Shown: piece by piece, positions 29,447 through 39,785 of the stretch
Position numbering within the stretch: the stretch's first letter is position 1
Layout: each line of letters opens with the position of its first letter
NCBI GenBank assembly: GCA_035510735.1
Contig: DATKGN010000004.1
Span: 177,039 to 241,038 of the forward strand
Reading direction: 5' to 3'
DNA from: Patescibacteria group bacterium
GTDB lineage: Bacteria > Patescibacteriota > Microgenomatia > UBA10105 > UBA927
Length of the DNA stretch: 64,000 bases
Program-made: the position numbers and the translations under genes
Notes under the pieces: generated by a model
Told to the model about the DNA's origin: nothing
Database searches by the model: none
Seen by the model: only the letters and a program-made list of their open reading frames with translations

Positions 29447-30220
29447 TCATCGGAGCACGAGGAACGCATAGAGGACGGCAACGAGGATTCTGTAGACACC
29501 AAACGGGATAAAGGTGTGTTTCTTGACGAAGCCAATGAACCATTTAACGACGATGAGCGCGGAAATAAACGCGCCTATAAGGCCTATGCCCAATAATTCA
29601 TATTGATTACCGGTGAAATGTCTTCCGCTTTTTATAAAATCCAATCCTGTCGCCGCAGCCATAGTAGGGATGGCAAGTAAAAATGAAAATTCAACGGCAG
29701 GATCGCGTTTTACCCCTAAGAGCAATGCGCCGACGATGGTTGCGGCTGATCGTGAAACGCCTGGAATAATGGATAAGGATTGTGCGCAGCCCACAAGGAA
29801 TGCCTGCATATAACTCATATCGTTGATGTTTTGTTTATGATCTGCGGATTCTTTGTGGGTTACCTCAAGAAGAATAAGGAGCACGCCGCCGATACCTAAA
29901 CTCCAGACAACAATCCAGGGATTGCCTAATAAAACAGTTTTGATAAATTTATACAATACGAGTCCGACGATAGCGGTAGGAATAAACGCCAGTGCAACGC
30001 GAATAAATGTTTCTTTATTCAAGAGCAGCTTTTTCCAATAAAGAACCAAAACAGCCAAAATTGCGCCGAACTGGATAATAATTTCGAAACTTTTTAAAAA
30101 ATCAGTTTCCGGAAGTTTGAGAAGTGAACTTGCTAACACCATGTGCCCGGTGCTAGAGATTGGTAGAAATTCACTGATTCCTTCGATGAGCGAAAGGATT
30201 ATTGCATGAATAATGGTCAT
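29447..30220 (-). CDS. uppP: undecaprenyl-diphosphatase
   Basis: MTIIHAIILSLIEGISEFLPISSTGHM is the typical UppP/BacA N-terminus; 7-8 TM helices. The ORF extends to 30295, but that 5' extension is probably not translated. Confidence 0.85.
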   Translation of the reverse strand: MTIIHAIILSLIEGISEFLPISSTGHMVLASSLLKLPETDFLKSFEIIIQFGAILAVLVLYWKKLLLNKETFIRVALAFIPTAIVGLVLYKFIKTVLLGNPWIVVWSLGIGGVLLILLEVTHKESADHKQNINDMSYMQAFLVGCAQSLSIIPGVSRSAATIVGALLLGVKRDPAVEFSFLLAIPTMAAATGLDFIKSGRHFTGNQYELLGIGLIGAFISALIVVKWFIGFVKKHTFIPFGVYRILVAVLYAFLVLR

Positions 30221-30326
30221 AAAGCACATAATACACGAAAAGAAGAAATTTCGCAGCAGGTAAAATACGTTGCTGCATTGCTCCATAGTAGTCAATATGA
30301 TATAATTTCATTGAGCCATTCGACAG

Positions 30327-30363
30327 GCTCAGGGTCATCCTGAGCGATGTTGAACGGATGACC
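30327..30363 (+). promoter_or_regulatory. two mutually exclusive hairpins in 5' leader of RRM gene
   Basis: Hairpin 1 is GCTCAGG/CCTGAGC (30327-30345). Hairpin 2 is GGTCATCC/GGATGACC (30333-30363) and shares bases with hairpin 1. Located downstream of a TTGCTC-17-TATAAT promoter-like element (30278-30306). Confidence 0.4.
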
Positions 30364-30466
30364 TAGGAAAAAAGTGTTGGCCCACGTCTTTGAAGTTATG
30401 AGCACACTCATAACATTCTCTTTAGGCGTCGATGTCCCCTTTAAGTCCTAAGGAGAAAGGAGCAAT

Positions 30467-30733
30467 ATGGCAACTAATCTGTTCGTCGGAAATCTTCCGT
30501 ACACAATGGACAGCAAACGTCTTGAAGAAGTGTTTGCTCAAGCCGGAACAGTCGTTTCAGCGAAAGTGATCTCTGATAAATACTCAGGCCGATCACGAGG
30601 TTTTGGTTTTGTCGAAATGTCGAGTGAAGAAGAAACCAAGAAAGCGATCGAAATGTTCAACGGCAAAGATGTTGATGGACGCCCGTTGGTCGTCAATGAA
30701 GCACGACCCCGCGAAGAGCGACCGCAACAGTAA
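30467..30733 (+). CDS. RNA-binding protein with single RRM domain
   Basis: RNP-2 LFVGNL and RNP-1 RGFGFVEM octamer. 88 aa, glycine-free C-tail. Confidence 0.85.
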   Translation: MATNLFVGNLPYTMDSKRLEEVFAQAGTVVSAKVISDKYSGRSRGFGFVEMSSEEETKKAIEMFNGKDVDGRPLVVNEARPREERPQQ

Positions 30734-30757
30734 TCTTTGATTACTTTGAAAAGTTAA

Positions 30758-30787
30758 CCCAGCCCTTCGCGAAGGGCTGGGTTTTTG
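30758..30787 (+). terminator. rho-independent terminator after RRM gene
   Basis: CCCAGCCCTTCG/CGAAGGGCTGGG perfect 12-bp stem followed by TTTTT. Confidence 0.75.
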
Positions 30788-30834
30788 GTGATCTATTTGC
30801 CATCCCTACATCACTTTGATACCATACGCTTCGT

Positions 30835-31305
30835 ATGTTTCAAAGTCCTACATACGGAGCGCTTACACTCCCTCAAATACGGGAACGAATCCTCGATTTC
30901 CTTAAGAAGGACCCGAAAAAGGAATATCACATTGTCATTGGCACTGATTCTCAACCGCATAATGGGTCAGGTGTTGACTTTGTCACCGCCGTCGTCGTTC
31001 ATCGGGTGGGGATGGGCGGCATCTATTTTTGGAAGCGTGTCGTAAATAAAAAACACTACGTGCTTCGGCAGCGAATGTATGAGGAGGCGACCATGTCACT
31101 TGATATGGCAGAAACGGTCCTTACACTCTTTCAGAAAGACGGGATAACGAAGTACGACCTCGAGATTCATGTCGATATCGGTACGGTAGGTGATACGCGT
31201 GATATGATTGCTGAGATCGTCGGAATGGTGAGGGGAAGCGGATATGCTGTTAAAACGAAACCGGAAAGCTATGCAGCAAGTAAAGTCGCAGACAGGTATA
31301 CTTGA
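30835..31305 (+). CDS. DUF458 / YkuK-like RNase H-fold protein
   Basis: IVIGTDSQ...VTAVVVH...GGIYF pattern reminiscent of YkuK-family proteins. Low certainty. Confidence 0.45.
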   Translation: MFQSPTYGALTLPQIRERILDFLKKDPKKEYHIVIGTDSQPHNGSGVDFVTAVVVHRVGMGGIYFWKRVVNKKHYVLRQRMYEEATMSLDMAETVLTLFQKDGITKYDLEIHVDIGTVGDTRDMIAEIVGMVRGSGYAVKTKPESYAASKVADRYT

Positions 31306-31320
31306 AATGGAGGTGAGAAG

Positions 31321-31800
31321 ATGAATAATAAACTATTTTTTGGACTGCTTATCGTAGTCGCCGGCATATTAGTCGGATGGTTTTTATTAAGGAATACTAT
31401 GCCAGCCGGGAATAATCAATTAAATCAATCCGTAACTCCTGCACAATCGGGGAGTCAATATGCACTTGGTTATTCTGGGCCAACTGTTTCCGTAGAACCG
31501 ATGGCAAAAGGTGGCGGTGTGACAAGGGAGGTTGTTACCTATACTGATAGCGGATTCGCGCCAACGCCATTAACAGTGAGCGCAGGGACAACCGTAACAT
31601 TCGTGAATGAATCAAGTCATGGTATGTGGGTAGCGTCTGATATTTATCCGACCGATCAACTATTACCAGGGTTGAATGCCCATGGATTAGTTGCCAAAAG
31701 CGGAACGTATGAATATACGTTTACCAACGTCGGAACGTGGCGATATCATAATGACGCTAATCCACATGACGTCGGATCAATTGTTGTGGCTGCGAAGTAG
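31321..31800 (+). CDS. membrane-anchored cupredoxin-fold-like protein (no Cys ligand)
   Basis: N-terminal TM, then a beta-sandwich-like region (TVSAGTTVTFVNESSHGMWV...GTYEYTFTNVGTWRYHNDANPH) resembling plastocyanin-like domains. His-rich but no Cys. Confidence 0.45.
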   Translation: MNNKLFFGLLIVVAGILVGWFLLRNTMPAGNNQLNQSVTPAQSGSQYALGYSGPTVSVEPMAKGGGVTREVVTYTDSGFAPTPLTVSAGTTVTFVNESSHGMWVASDIYPTDQLLPGLNAHGLVAKSGTYEYTFTNVGTWRYHNDANPHDVGSIVVAAK

Positions 31801-31809
31801 TGAGGGTAA

Positions 31810-34410
31810 TTATGGAGCCGGAGTCGGGCTTCCTGTTGGTGTTGGTGTCGGGATTGGCGCACATCTGCCGCCCGGCGGCTCAGTGCCTGCAATAAAGTAT
31901 TCAGGGCGGTTAAAATAACACGGTACTGCGATAACGTCGTCAGGTTTTGCGGCAACTTCATCCGGTTTATTTTTGAGAAGCTCGGTCATAATATCATGCC
32001 AAATCGGTGCGGCTCCTGTTATCCCCGATGTTAAATACGGATTCATCGGCGCATTATTATTGTTTCCCACCCAAACCGCAACGACGACAGAAGGAGTATA
32101 TCCAATGGTCCAATTGTCGCGTTTGTCGTTTGTCGTTCCGGTTTTAACCGAAACGGTTTTCCCGCTCACTACCAAGCTTGAGTTCGGACCGAATTCAGTA
32201 ATTCTCGCGGTATTGTCGCTTAAAATATTACTCAGGATCCATGCAACTTCCGGTTTGACCGCCTGAACGGGAGGAGTAGGTGTATCTTTTTCGTATACAT
32301 GTCCCGTATAGTCAGTGACTTCGAGAATCGGGTTGAGATCAACCCTGTCGCCAAGATTCGCAAGCGTTCCAAAGACCTTTGTCATATCAAGCATTGTGAC
32401 GTCACCTCCACCTAATGTAAGCGATAGGCCATATTGGCTTGAATCTTCCCACGTGGTGATTCCCATAAGTTTTCCCTTATTGACCATTGTTTGTACACCG
32501 ATACTGTTTAACACTTTTACCGCAGGAATATTAAATGAATTCCCGAGGGCATAGCGAAGCGGTGTCGGTCCATGAAATTTGCCGTCATAGTTAACAGGAG
32601 CGTACGGGGTGCTCCCCACGTTTTGATACACAACAGGTGAATCATCAAGGATTGACGCTGCAGTAAACCCATTTTCAAGGGCAGCTGCATAGTTAACAAC
32701 TTTTATTGATGAACCGGGTTGCCGAAGACTTGTTGTGACGTTCACATTGCCGTCAATATTGGTATCGAAAAAGTCTTTACTTCCGACCATCGCAAGAATT
32801 TCTCCGGTTCTAGGGCTTGTGACCATCGCAGCACCATTGCCGACCTGAAGATTGGCAAGAGCATTTACTTGATTCGTTACGATATCCTGTACTTTATTTT
32901 GGATTGATAAATCCAATGACGTCGTGACACGAAGACCTCCCTGTTCGACAAGACGTGGTCCATACCGCTGTTCCAAAATATTTCGCACATACATAACAAA
33001 ATGCGGTGCCTGGATGGAGACTCTGGGTTCAATAAATTTAACGGGTGTTGCAAGAGCAAGTTGTTCCTGTTCGCTGGTGATATCATGATCTTCTGTCATT
33101 CGGCGTAGCACCTCTTTTTGGCGTTCAAAGGCTTTTTCGGGGTGTTCGCCGAACGGTGAATATTCAGATGGAGCGGCCGGGAGCCCCGCAAGGAGCGCCG
33201 CTTCGGCAAGATTTAGATCTCTTGCGGATTTTCCGAAATAGGCCTGACTTGCCGCCTCCACACCCCACGCAGTGCCGCCGTAGGGAACTTGGTTAAGATA
33301 CATTTCAAGAATCTGGTTTTTCGTATAGAGTCGTTCTGCCCAAAATGCTAAAAAAATTTCTTTCAGTTTTCGTGTGACGCTCACCTCAGGTGACAACAAA
33401 GCAGATTTGATAAGCTGCTGCGTGATCGTTGAGCCTCCCTGAATTTGATTATTAAAGAGTGTTTCCCGGGCCGCCCGAACGATTCCAGGGATCGAGACAC
33501 CTTGGTGATGATAAAAGTCTTTGTCTTCTATTGCGATAGTTGCTTCCTGTAAATCTTGCGGAATTTGTGTAAGCGGGAGTGGCGTGCGGTTTTGGTCAGC
33601 GTAAATTTCAAATAATAACGCCCCGTTCCGGTCAAAGATTTTAGTAGTCACTTGGAGGTCCCGTCGGGTTAACAGTTGGGGGTTGGGGAGCATTTTGAGC
33701 CATTGATAGGTGGTGTACGGGGTGAAGAAAAAAACAACCGTTACTGCGATTCCCGCGACAAACGATTTCACTTGTTCTATAAAAGGGCGCTGTAATTTTT
33801 TTCCGTGTTCGAAAATTACAATCGGTTTATTTGCAGGCTCTGAAATATTAAATTTCGGAAACGAAATTTTAGGAATTTGCAGTTTAGGTGGATTCCAGGA
33901 GGATTTAGCAATTTGTGCAAGTTCCCGTTCTTTTTCCAATTTTTTCTGTTTGAGTTTTCCCCGGAGTTCGCGATGCTCCTTTGCAGTTATTTGCATTGAT
34001 GTAAAACGCGTGCGGGTTGTTTGCCAAATTGATGACAGGAGAACAAACGGAAATTTGATGATTGAAGAGAAAATTTCTTCAGTACTGGAAAAAAATCTTC
34101 TGGACCTTTGTGACCATGAATTCCGATAGGATTCTATGCTCACTGAAATCAATATTGTTTTTTTGGGTCTCCCAGGCGGGCGCCTGTATTGAAATGATGT
34201 TGCTATTCGATCCACGAGCCGTCCGCATTGATCCGCCCCTGATTTTATCAAAGAAACGAGCGCGTTATAGGTCCGTACCGGTAGTAAAAAAACGGACCGA
34301 AAAAAGAAGCGTACAACATCACCGATTGCGATGAATATGCGCAAAATAAAAATGATCACCAATACAATAAACCCTCTTTGAGGGTAATTTTGACCGTTTG
34401 GATACTTCAT
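31810..34410 (-). CDS. class A penicillin-binding protein (transglycosylase + transpeptidase) with long N-terminal cytoplasmic extension
   Basis: GT51 motifs EDKDFYHHQG and GGSTITQQL. Transpeptidase SSIK (SxxK) and KTG. About 200 aa of charged N-terminal region precede the TM. Confidence 0.85.
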   Translation of the reverse strand: MKYPNGQNYPQRGFIVLVIIFILRIFIAIGDVVRFFFRSVFLLPVRTYNALVSLIKSGADQCGRLVDRIATSFQYRRPPGRPKKTILISVSIESYRNSWSQRSRRFFSSTEEIFSSIIKFPFVLLSSIWQTTRTRFTSMQITAKEHRELRGKLKQKKLEKERELAQIAKSSWNPPKLQIPKISFPKFNISEPANKPIVIFEHGKKLQRPFIEQVKSFVAGIAVTVVFFFTPYTTYQWLKMLPNPQLLTRRDLQVTTKIFDRNGALLFEIYADQNRTPLPLTQIPQDLQEATIAIEDKDFYHHQGVSIPGIVRAARETLFNNQIQGGSTITQQLIKSALLSPEVSVTRKLKEIFLAFWAERLYTKNQILEMYLNQVPYGGTAWGVEAASQAYFGKSARDLNLAEAALLAGLPAAPSEYSPFGEHPEKAFERQKEVLRRMTEDHDITSEQEQLALATPVKFIEPRVSIQAPHFVMYVRNILEQRYGPRLVEQGGLRVTTSLDLSIQNKVQDIVTNQVNALANLQVGNGAAMVTSPRTGEILAMVGSKDFFDTNIDGNVNVTTSLRQPGSSIKVVNYAAALENGFTAASILDDSPVVYQNVGSTPYAPVNYDGKFHGPTPLRYALGNSFNIPAVKVLNSIGVQTMVNKGKLMGITTWEDSSQYGLSLTLGGGDVTMLDMTKVFGTLANLGDRVDLNPILEVTDYTGHVYEKDTPTPPVQAVKPEVAWILSNILSDNTARITEFGPNSSLVVSGKTVSVKTGTTNDKRDNWTIGYTPSVVVAVWVGNNNNAPMNPYLTSGITGAAPIWHDIMTELLKNKPDEVAAKPDDVIAVPCYFNRPEYFIAGTEPPGGRCAPIPTPTPTGSPTPAP

Positions 34411-34483
34411 ACGGGCTGCAGTAAGCGTTTATACCACAATCTATAGGCCCTAACAAGAGGCTAATGGTATAGAGACAATCGGG

Positions 34484-36676
34484 TTATTTAATGAGGATCG
34501 GTTTATTATCCTGATGTTGACAGTCAAGACACCACTGGGATAGGCCATCATTAAGCACGGGATGAACCTGTGTCTCGACAGGATCAGTCGTGCCTGGCTC
34601 TGCGATATCCCCGGTTGATTTATCAATAATCACGGGTTGTTGCAGTTGTTCCTTTTGGGTCGGCACGGTCCCTTTGATGAAATATTCAAACCGTATCGGA
34701 CAACCAGGATCTCCCTGATCGTTTGGCGGCATTAACCCTGATACAGAACAAATTCGAGCGCCGACAACGCCATCCGGCATTGTCGGCCAAAGATCCAGCT
34801 TCCCCTGAAGCACTTTGACCATTAATTTGTGCCAAATAGGTGCTGCCCCGGTTATTCCTGAAACAAGCGCAGGATTCATGGGACTATTGTCATTATTACC
34901 GACCCAGGTTGCGACCAAAAACTGCGGAGTAAAGCCAATGGTCCAGTTGTCACGCAGATCGTCCGTTGTGCCGGTTTTCACCGATACGGCATGGTTGGGT
35001 ATGACAAGTTCAGAATCGGACCCAAATTCGGCCGTCCGCGCATTATTATCCAACAGTATGTGTGAGATAAGAAATGCCGTCTCGGGAGAGATAACCCGTG
35101 ATCCTTGGAGCAAAAGATGTGAGGGGATATCTTTGCCAAGATTTGGATCTTTATCTTCCTCCAGAACATTTCCATTTTTATCTGTCACTTTGAGAATCGA
35201 AACGAGGTCTTTACGGATTCCGCCGTTTGCAAATACCCCGAACGCTTCAGCCATATCGGTCATATGGACCTCAGCGCCTCCCAACGTCAGTGATAACCCG
35301 TATTTACTCGGATCCTTGAGCGTCGTAAGACCAAATGCGCTGGCTGATGCGATCATGGTAGTCACCGTATTGAGCTTGAGCATTTTTACCGCCGGTATGT
35401 TAAATGAATTACCGAGCGCCATACGAAGCTGAACCGGCCCGTGGAATTTGCCGTCATAATTATGCGGGCAGTAGAGCGGTTGGTTAACGACTCCGAAGCA
35501 GGTAGGCTCGTCTAAAAACATGGTGGCCGGAGTCACGATATGGTTTTCTATGCCGATGGCATAATTAATGGGTTTAATGGATGATCCCGGTTGCCGAAGC
35601 GCGGTTGTGACATTGTAGCTCCCTGAGGGCGAGGCGAAATAGTCAGTGCTGCCGACCATTGCAAGAATTTCGCCGGTAGCCGGTTTTGTGATGAGTGCGG
35701 CACCGTTTGAAACCCGATATCCTTTCAGATTCGCAACTTCAGCGGCAAGCGTTGCCTGTGCATACTCCTGAAGATCCAGATCAAGCGTCGTCGTCACTTT
35801 GAGTCCTCCGCGTTCGACCATAGCATCGCCGTATTTTTGAACCAAAAGATCTTTGACGTACATTACAAAATGTCCGGCTTTCAGTTCCGATTGCTTCTTA
35901 AAATGAAGCGGTTCATTGAGAGCCTGATTTTCCTGTGTCTGTGTAATATAGCGATCTTCAACCATACGCGTTAATACCTCTTTTTGTCGTACGGTTGCAT
36001 ATTCCGGATGGGCGCCGAATGGAGAATATAAGGATGGCGCCTGAGGAAGTCCTGCAAGAAGTGAGCATTCCGCAAGATCGAGATCCTTCACTTTTTTACC
36101 AAAATATCGTTCAGCTGCTGACTCGACGCCCCACGCCGTGCCGCCATAGGGGACTTGATTGAGGTAGAGTTCGAGAATTTTATTTTTTGAGTAAAGAGTT
36201 TCCACCCAAACAGCCAAAATCGCTTCCCTGATTTTTCTGGTGATCGTTTGTTGTGATGAGAGGAGCGCTAATTTGACCAGTTGTTGTGTGATCGTCGAAC
36301 CTCCCTGCACTTCATGTCGTGTGACCATCGCCGCGATGGCCCGAAGCACTCCTCCGACTGGATTAATGCCGGCGTGATGGTAAAAATCTTTATCCTCAAT
36401 GGATATCGTTGCCTCCTGCAGATATTTGGGAATTTCCGAAAGTGGGACTGCGGTTCTGTTTTGGTCGGCGAATATATCATAAATTAATTTTCCGTTTCGA
36501 TCGTAGATTTTGGTAGCTAGCGGAATATCATATTTTCCAAGTGATGTTGGGGACGGAAGGTCCTTCAGTATGAGCACATACACCATAAATATCATGATGA
36601 GCGGCAAAAGCCAAAATGCCCATTTGATAATTTTTAACGTTGAAGAAAATTGTTTTGAATGAAGATTTTTTTTCAT
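34484..36676 (-). CDS. class A penicillin-binding protein (second paralog)
   Basis: EDKDFYHHAG and GGSTITQQL (GT51). SSIK and KTGT (transpeptidase). Single N-terminal TM. Confidence 0.85.
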   Translation of the reverse strand: MKKNLHSKQFSSTLKIIKWAFWLLPLIMIFMVYVLILKDLPSPTSLGKYDIPLATKIYDRNGKLIYDIFADQNRTAVPLSEIPKYLQEATISIEDKDFYHHAGINPVGGVLRAIAAMVTRHEVQGGSTITQQLVKLALLSSQQTITRKIREAILAVWVETLYSKNKILELYLNQVPYGGTAWGVESAAERYFGKKVKDLDLAECSLLAGLPQAPSLYSPFGAHPEYATVRQKEVLTRMVEDRYITQTQENQALNEPLHFKKQSELKAGHFVMYVKDLLVQKYGDAMVERGGLKVTTTLDLDLQEYAQATLAAEVANLKGYRVSNGAALITKPATGEILAMVGSTDYFASPSGSYNVTTALRQPGSSIKPINYAIGIENHIVTPATMFLDEPTCFGVVNQPLYCPHNYDGKFHGPVQLRMALGNSFNIPAVKMLKLNTVTTMIASASAFGLTTLKDPSKYGLSLTLGGAEVHMTDMAEAFGVFANGGIRKDLVSILKVTDKNGNVLEEDKDPNLGKDIPSHLLLQGSRVISPETAFLISHILLDNNARTAEFGSDSELVIPNHAVSVKTGTTDDLRDNWTIGFTPQFLVATWVGNNDNSPMNPALVSGITGAAPIWHKLMVKVLQGKLDLWPTMPDGVVGARICSVSGLMPPNDQGDPGCPIRFEYFIKGTVPTQKEQLQQPVIIDKSTGDIAEPGTTDPVETQVHPVLNDGLSQWCLDCQHQDNKPILIK

Positions 36677-36907
36677 TTGATCGATTACCTTCTTTGATAT
36701 GGGTCTATTATATCAGGAACATAAAATGATGCGATGGTTTTGATTGAGGCACAATACTGTATAATAGATTACAAGAATATTTTTCCTCCTATTCTTACTT
36801 CTCGCCTTATCCCGCTCAAGAGGGACGGCGCCGAGAGCGAATTTAGGAGGACTTAAGATTTGCTAAGCCAAAACTAAGTTTTGGCAAGCAACTCTAAAGG
36901 AGGCAAT

Positions 36908-37513
36908 ATGTTCACATTACCGGAGTTACCGTATGCATTTGATGCGCTGGAACCGTATATTGATGCGCGTACCATGCAAATTCATCATGATAAACATCAT
37001 GCAGCCTATGTAAAAAATCTCAACGATGCACTAGTGGGATCGGATGCGCTTTTGGCGATGCCGATTGAATCGTTAGTTGCCAACCTCACCAAAGTCCCTG
37101 AGGCGGTAAGGACGAAAGTGAGAAACAATGCAGGTGGTCACGCAAATCATAGTATGTTTTGGGAGACGATGGCTCCGAAAGCCGGCGGACAACCCACGGG
37201 TGCGCTTCTTAAAGCTATAGAAGTCTCATTTGGCGGATTTTCCCAATTTCAGGAAAAATTTTCGAGCGTAGCACTTGGACATTTCGGCAGCGGTTGGGCA
37301 TGGTTAGTAAAAGAAAATGGGGGATTGAAGATAGAAGATAGTGCAAATCAAGATTCCCCATTAATGAATGGAAAGACGCCTATCCTGGGCCTTGATGTAT
37401 GGGAACATGCCTATTACCTTAAGTATCAGAATATGAGGGTAGATTACATAAAAGCATGGTGGAATGTGGTTAACTGGAGCGCAGTTGAAAAGCGATTCGT
37501 ACAACCGGCATAA
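36908..37513 (+). CDS. sodA: Fe/Mn superoxide dismutase
   Basis: [18 protein letters not shown]...IHHDKHH and DVWEHAYY signatures. ORF opens at 36881; Met at 36908 preferred. Confidence 0.9.
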   Translation: MFTLPELPYAFDALEPYIDARTMQIHHDKHHAAYVKNLNDALVGSDALLAMPIESLVANLTKVPEAVRTKVRNNAGGHANHSMFWETMAPKAGGQPTGALLKAIEVSFGGFSQFQEKFSSVALGHFGSGWAWLVKENGGLKIEDSANQDSPLMNGKTPILGLDVWEHAYYLKYQNMRVDYIKAWWNVVNWSAVEKRFVQPA

Positions 37514-37516
37514 TCC

Positions 37517-38257
37517 ATGAGGTTTCCTGATCCGGCACTAATAAAAAAACAACTCGCGAAGGAGCGGATTATTTTCGCCGCAACCCAACTTCAGGGAAGC
37601 CGTGAATCTCAAGAGGATTATTTTATTAATTACAACGATGAGTGTTTTGCCGTTGCAGATGGTGTTGGCAGTATACCCAATGGCGAAGTCGCTTCTAAAC
37701 TGGCCGCTGAAACGGCCATTTGGGGCTATAAACACATCCGCATGCGACCGTTTTATTGGGCGGATAAACAACTTCTAATAAAACGGATTTTCAGGTCTTC
37801 TAACCTCGCTGTTTGGCAGAAACGACGGGAAAGTGGTTTTGAAGCAGGGCTTGCGACAACTCTCTCTATTCTTATTGTGAGCGCGCAGAAGATTTGGGCG
37901 GGGAGTGTCGGTGATACGAGTATTCTTCTTTACCGTGACGGTCTTATTGATGAGCTGACGCTCCGCGATGTTAATGAGTTGGGGACAATGACGCGTGCTG
38001 TGGGGTTTCAACGTTTGGGACTCGTGCCGCATATAGCGGTTGAGAAATTGTTGCCACGGGACGTTTTTCTTCTTGCGACTGATGGAGTTATAAATTGTAT
38101 TGATGAAGAGGAGCTCCGCGCGACGTTTGATGTCGTTGGTGAAACAACACAGAGTATTACCAATGCGGTTGTGCATCTCCTTACCATGGCACAATCACGT
38201 GGGAGTACTGATAATATGACAGCGTGTTTAGTGAAACGTCTGGGAAACAGCGAATAA
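37517..38257 (+). CDS. PP2C-family Ser/Thr protein phosphatase
   Basis: SQEDYF, FAVADGVGS, LLATDGV and GSTDNMT motifs (metal-binding Asp residues). Confidence 0.8.
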   Translation: MRFPDPALIKKQLAKERIIFAATQLQGSRESQEDYFINYNDECFAVADGVGSIPNGEVASKLAAETAIWGYKHIRMRPFYWADKQLLIKRIFRSSNLAVWQKRRESGFEAGLATTLSILIVSAQKIWAGSVGDTSILLYRDGLIDELTLRDVNELGTMTRAVGFQRLGLVPHIAVEKLLPRDVFLLATDGVINCIDEEELRATFDVVGETTQSITNAVVHLLTMAQSRGSTDNMTACLVKRLGNSE

Positions 38258-38300
38258 ATAACTCTTTACAAGTTTATCGTTATAGCTCTATACTATCATT

Positions 38301-39785
38301 ATGCCTGCCGAATTTTTTGAACCAATTAGTAATAACGCTACGCCTCCAGTATATCGATACTTCAACGGAAAAGAATGGAAAGAAAGCACCAGTGGAAAAC
38401 GAACGTCTATATTGTCTCCGATAGACGGGTCAGTGGTTGGTGAACTCCAGGTGGTGACGCATGAGGAAATTGATGAGGTTATGGAAAAGGCCTTTGCGGC
38501 CCAAGCGAAATGGGAAGCGACACCCCTTAACGAACGAGTAAAAATCGTTCACTTAGCTGCTGACTGGGTCATGCATTACGAAGAATATTTAACGGCACTT
38601 TTAGCACGTGAAGTCGGAAAAACATTGAAAGAAGCAAAAAGCGAAATTAAACGAACCGCAGAACTTACTGATTATTTTGCAGATGAAGTGCAGTCAATCC
38701 GCGGTGAAACGCTTGATAGTGATAATTTCCCCGGATATGATAAAGGCAGGATTGCCGTCATAGAGAGGGCCGCGCACGGTGTCGTTTTATGTATTGCGCC
38801 ATTTAATTATCCCGTAAATCTAGCTGGTAGTAAAATTGCACCGGCACTTCTTATGGGTAATTCCGTTGTTTTTAAGCCGCCGACCCAGGGAGGAATCAGC
38901 GGACTTCATCTTACAAGAATATTTGAAAAAGCAGGTGTTCCTGAAGGTGTTATAACCTGCCTGACGGGTGGAGGCGGAGAGATTGGAGATTATTTGGTAA
39001 GCCACAAGAGAGTTGCGATGGTGGCATTCACCGGTAATTCTGATACAGGGATGGCTATAGCGAGTAAAGCGCCGATGAAGCAGTTGTTATTTGAATGCGG
39101 CGGTAATAACGCAACCATAGTTTTCCCCGATGCTGATATGAATTTAACTGCCAAGGAAATTATTAGTGGCGGATATTCCTACGCGGGTCAGCGATGTACA
39201 GCTATTAAATATGTAATGGGGACGCAGGGAGTGCTTGATCAATTATTGCCGATAGTTTTAGAACAAATGAAAGAGTCAGTTCATATGGGGGATCCGCGAG
39301 ATGCAACGACGAAAATGGTGGGCCCAGTTGTGACTGTTCAAGTAGCGGAAAACATTGAAAAAATTATTAATGAGGCAGTTACCGAAGGCGCGATTGTCGC
39401 AACGGGTGGACATCGGAAGGATGCATATATTGAGCCGACAATCCTGACGAACGTCAAACCGACAATGAAAATTGTATCTACCGAAGTATTCGGTCCGGTT
39501 ATCTCGTTTATAACGGTTAACGATATGGATGAAGCAGCGCGCATTGTGAATGGACAACGATTTGGACTTCAGGCGTGTGTATTTACAAAAGACGAGGGAA
39601 CGGGCCTCAAATATTCAAATCTCCTAAATGTCGGCACGGTTCAGATTAACGGTTCACCACAGAGGGGACCTGATCACTTCCCGTTCCTGGGAGTCAAACA
39701 GTCAGGGATCGGCGTGCAAGGTGTACGTTATTCCCTCGAGGCTATGTCCCGCCTCAAGCCGGTTGTTATTAATAAACCCCAGTAA
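38301..39785 (+). CDS. aldehyde dehydrogenase family, likely non-phosphorylating NADP-dependent glyceraldehyde-3-phosphate dehydrogenase (GapN-like)
   Basis: ALDH fold with catalytic Cys (FECGGNNATIV... AGQRCTA) and Glu. N-terminal region resembles GapN. Confidence 0.7.
   Translation: MPAEFFEPISNNATPPVYRYFNGKEWKESTSGKRTSILSPIDGSVVGELQVVTHEEIDEVMEKAFAAQAKWEATPLNERVKIVHLAADWVMHYEEYLTALLAREVGKTLKEAKSEIKRTAELTDYFADEVQSIRGETLDSDNFPGYDKGRIAVIERAAHGVVLCIAPFNYPVNLAGSKIAPALLMGNSVVFKPPTQGGISGLHLTRIFEKAGVPEGVITCLTGGGGEIGDYLVSHKRVAMVAFTGNSDTGMAIASKAPMKQLLFECGGNNATIVFPDADMNLTAKEIISGGYSYAGQRCTAIKYVMGTQGVLDQLLPIVLEQMKESVHMGDPRDATTKMVGPVVTVQVAENIEKIINEAVTEGAIVATGGHRKDAYIEPTILTNVKPTMKIVSTEVFGPVISFITVNDMDEAARIVNGQRFGLQACVFTKDEGTGLKYSNLLNVGTVQINGSPQRGPDHFPFLGVKQSGIGVQGVRYSLEAMSRLKPVVINKPQ

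Noticed and set aside
34815-35432. 205-aa plus-strand ORF inside the second PBP gene; similar ORFs at 31973..32266, 33710..34129, 48523..49052, 50421..50978
   Set aside because: Antisense ORFs of large, motif-rich genes. Typical of moderate-GC DNA. No independent support.
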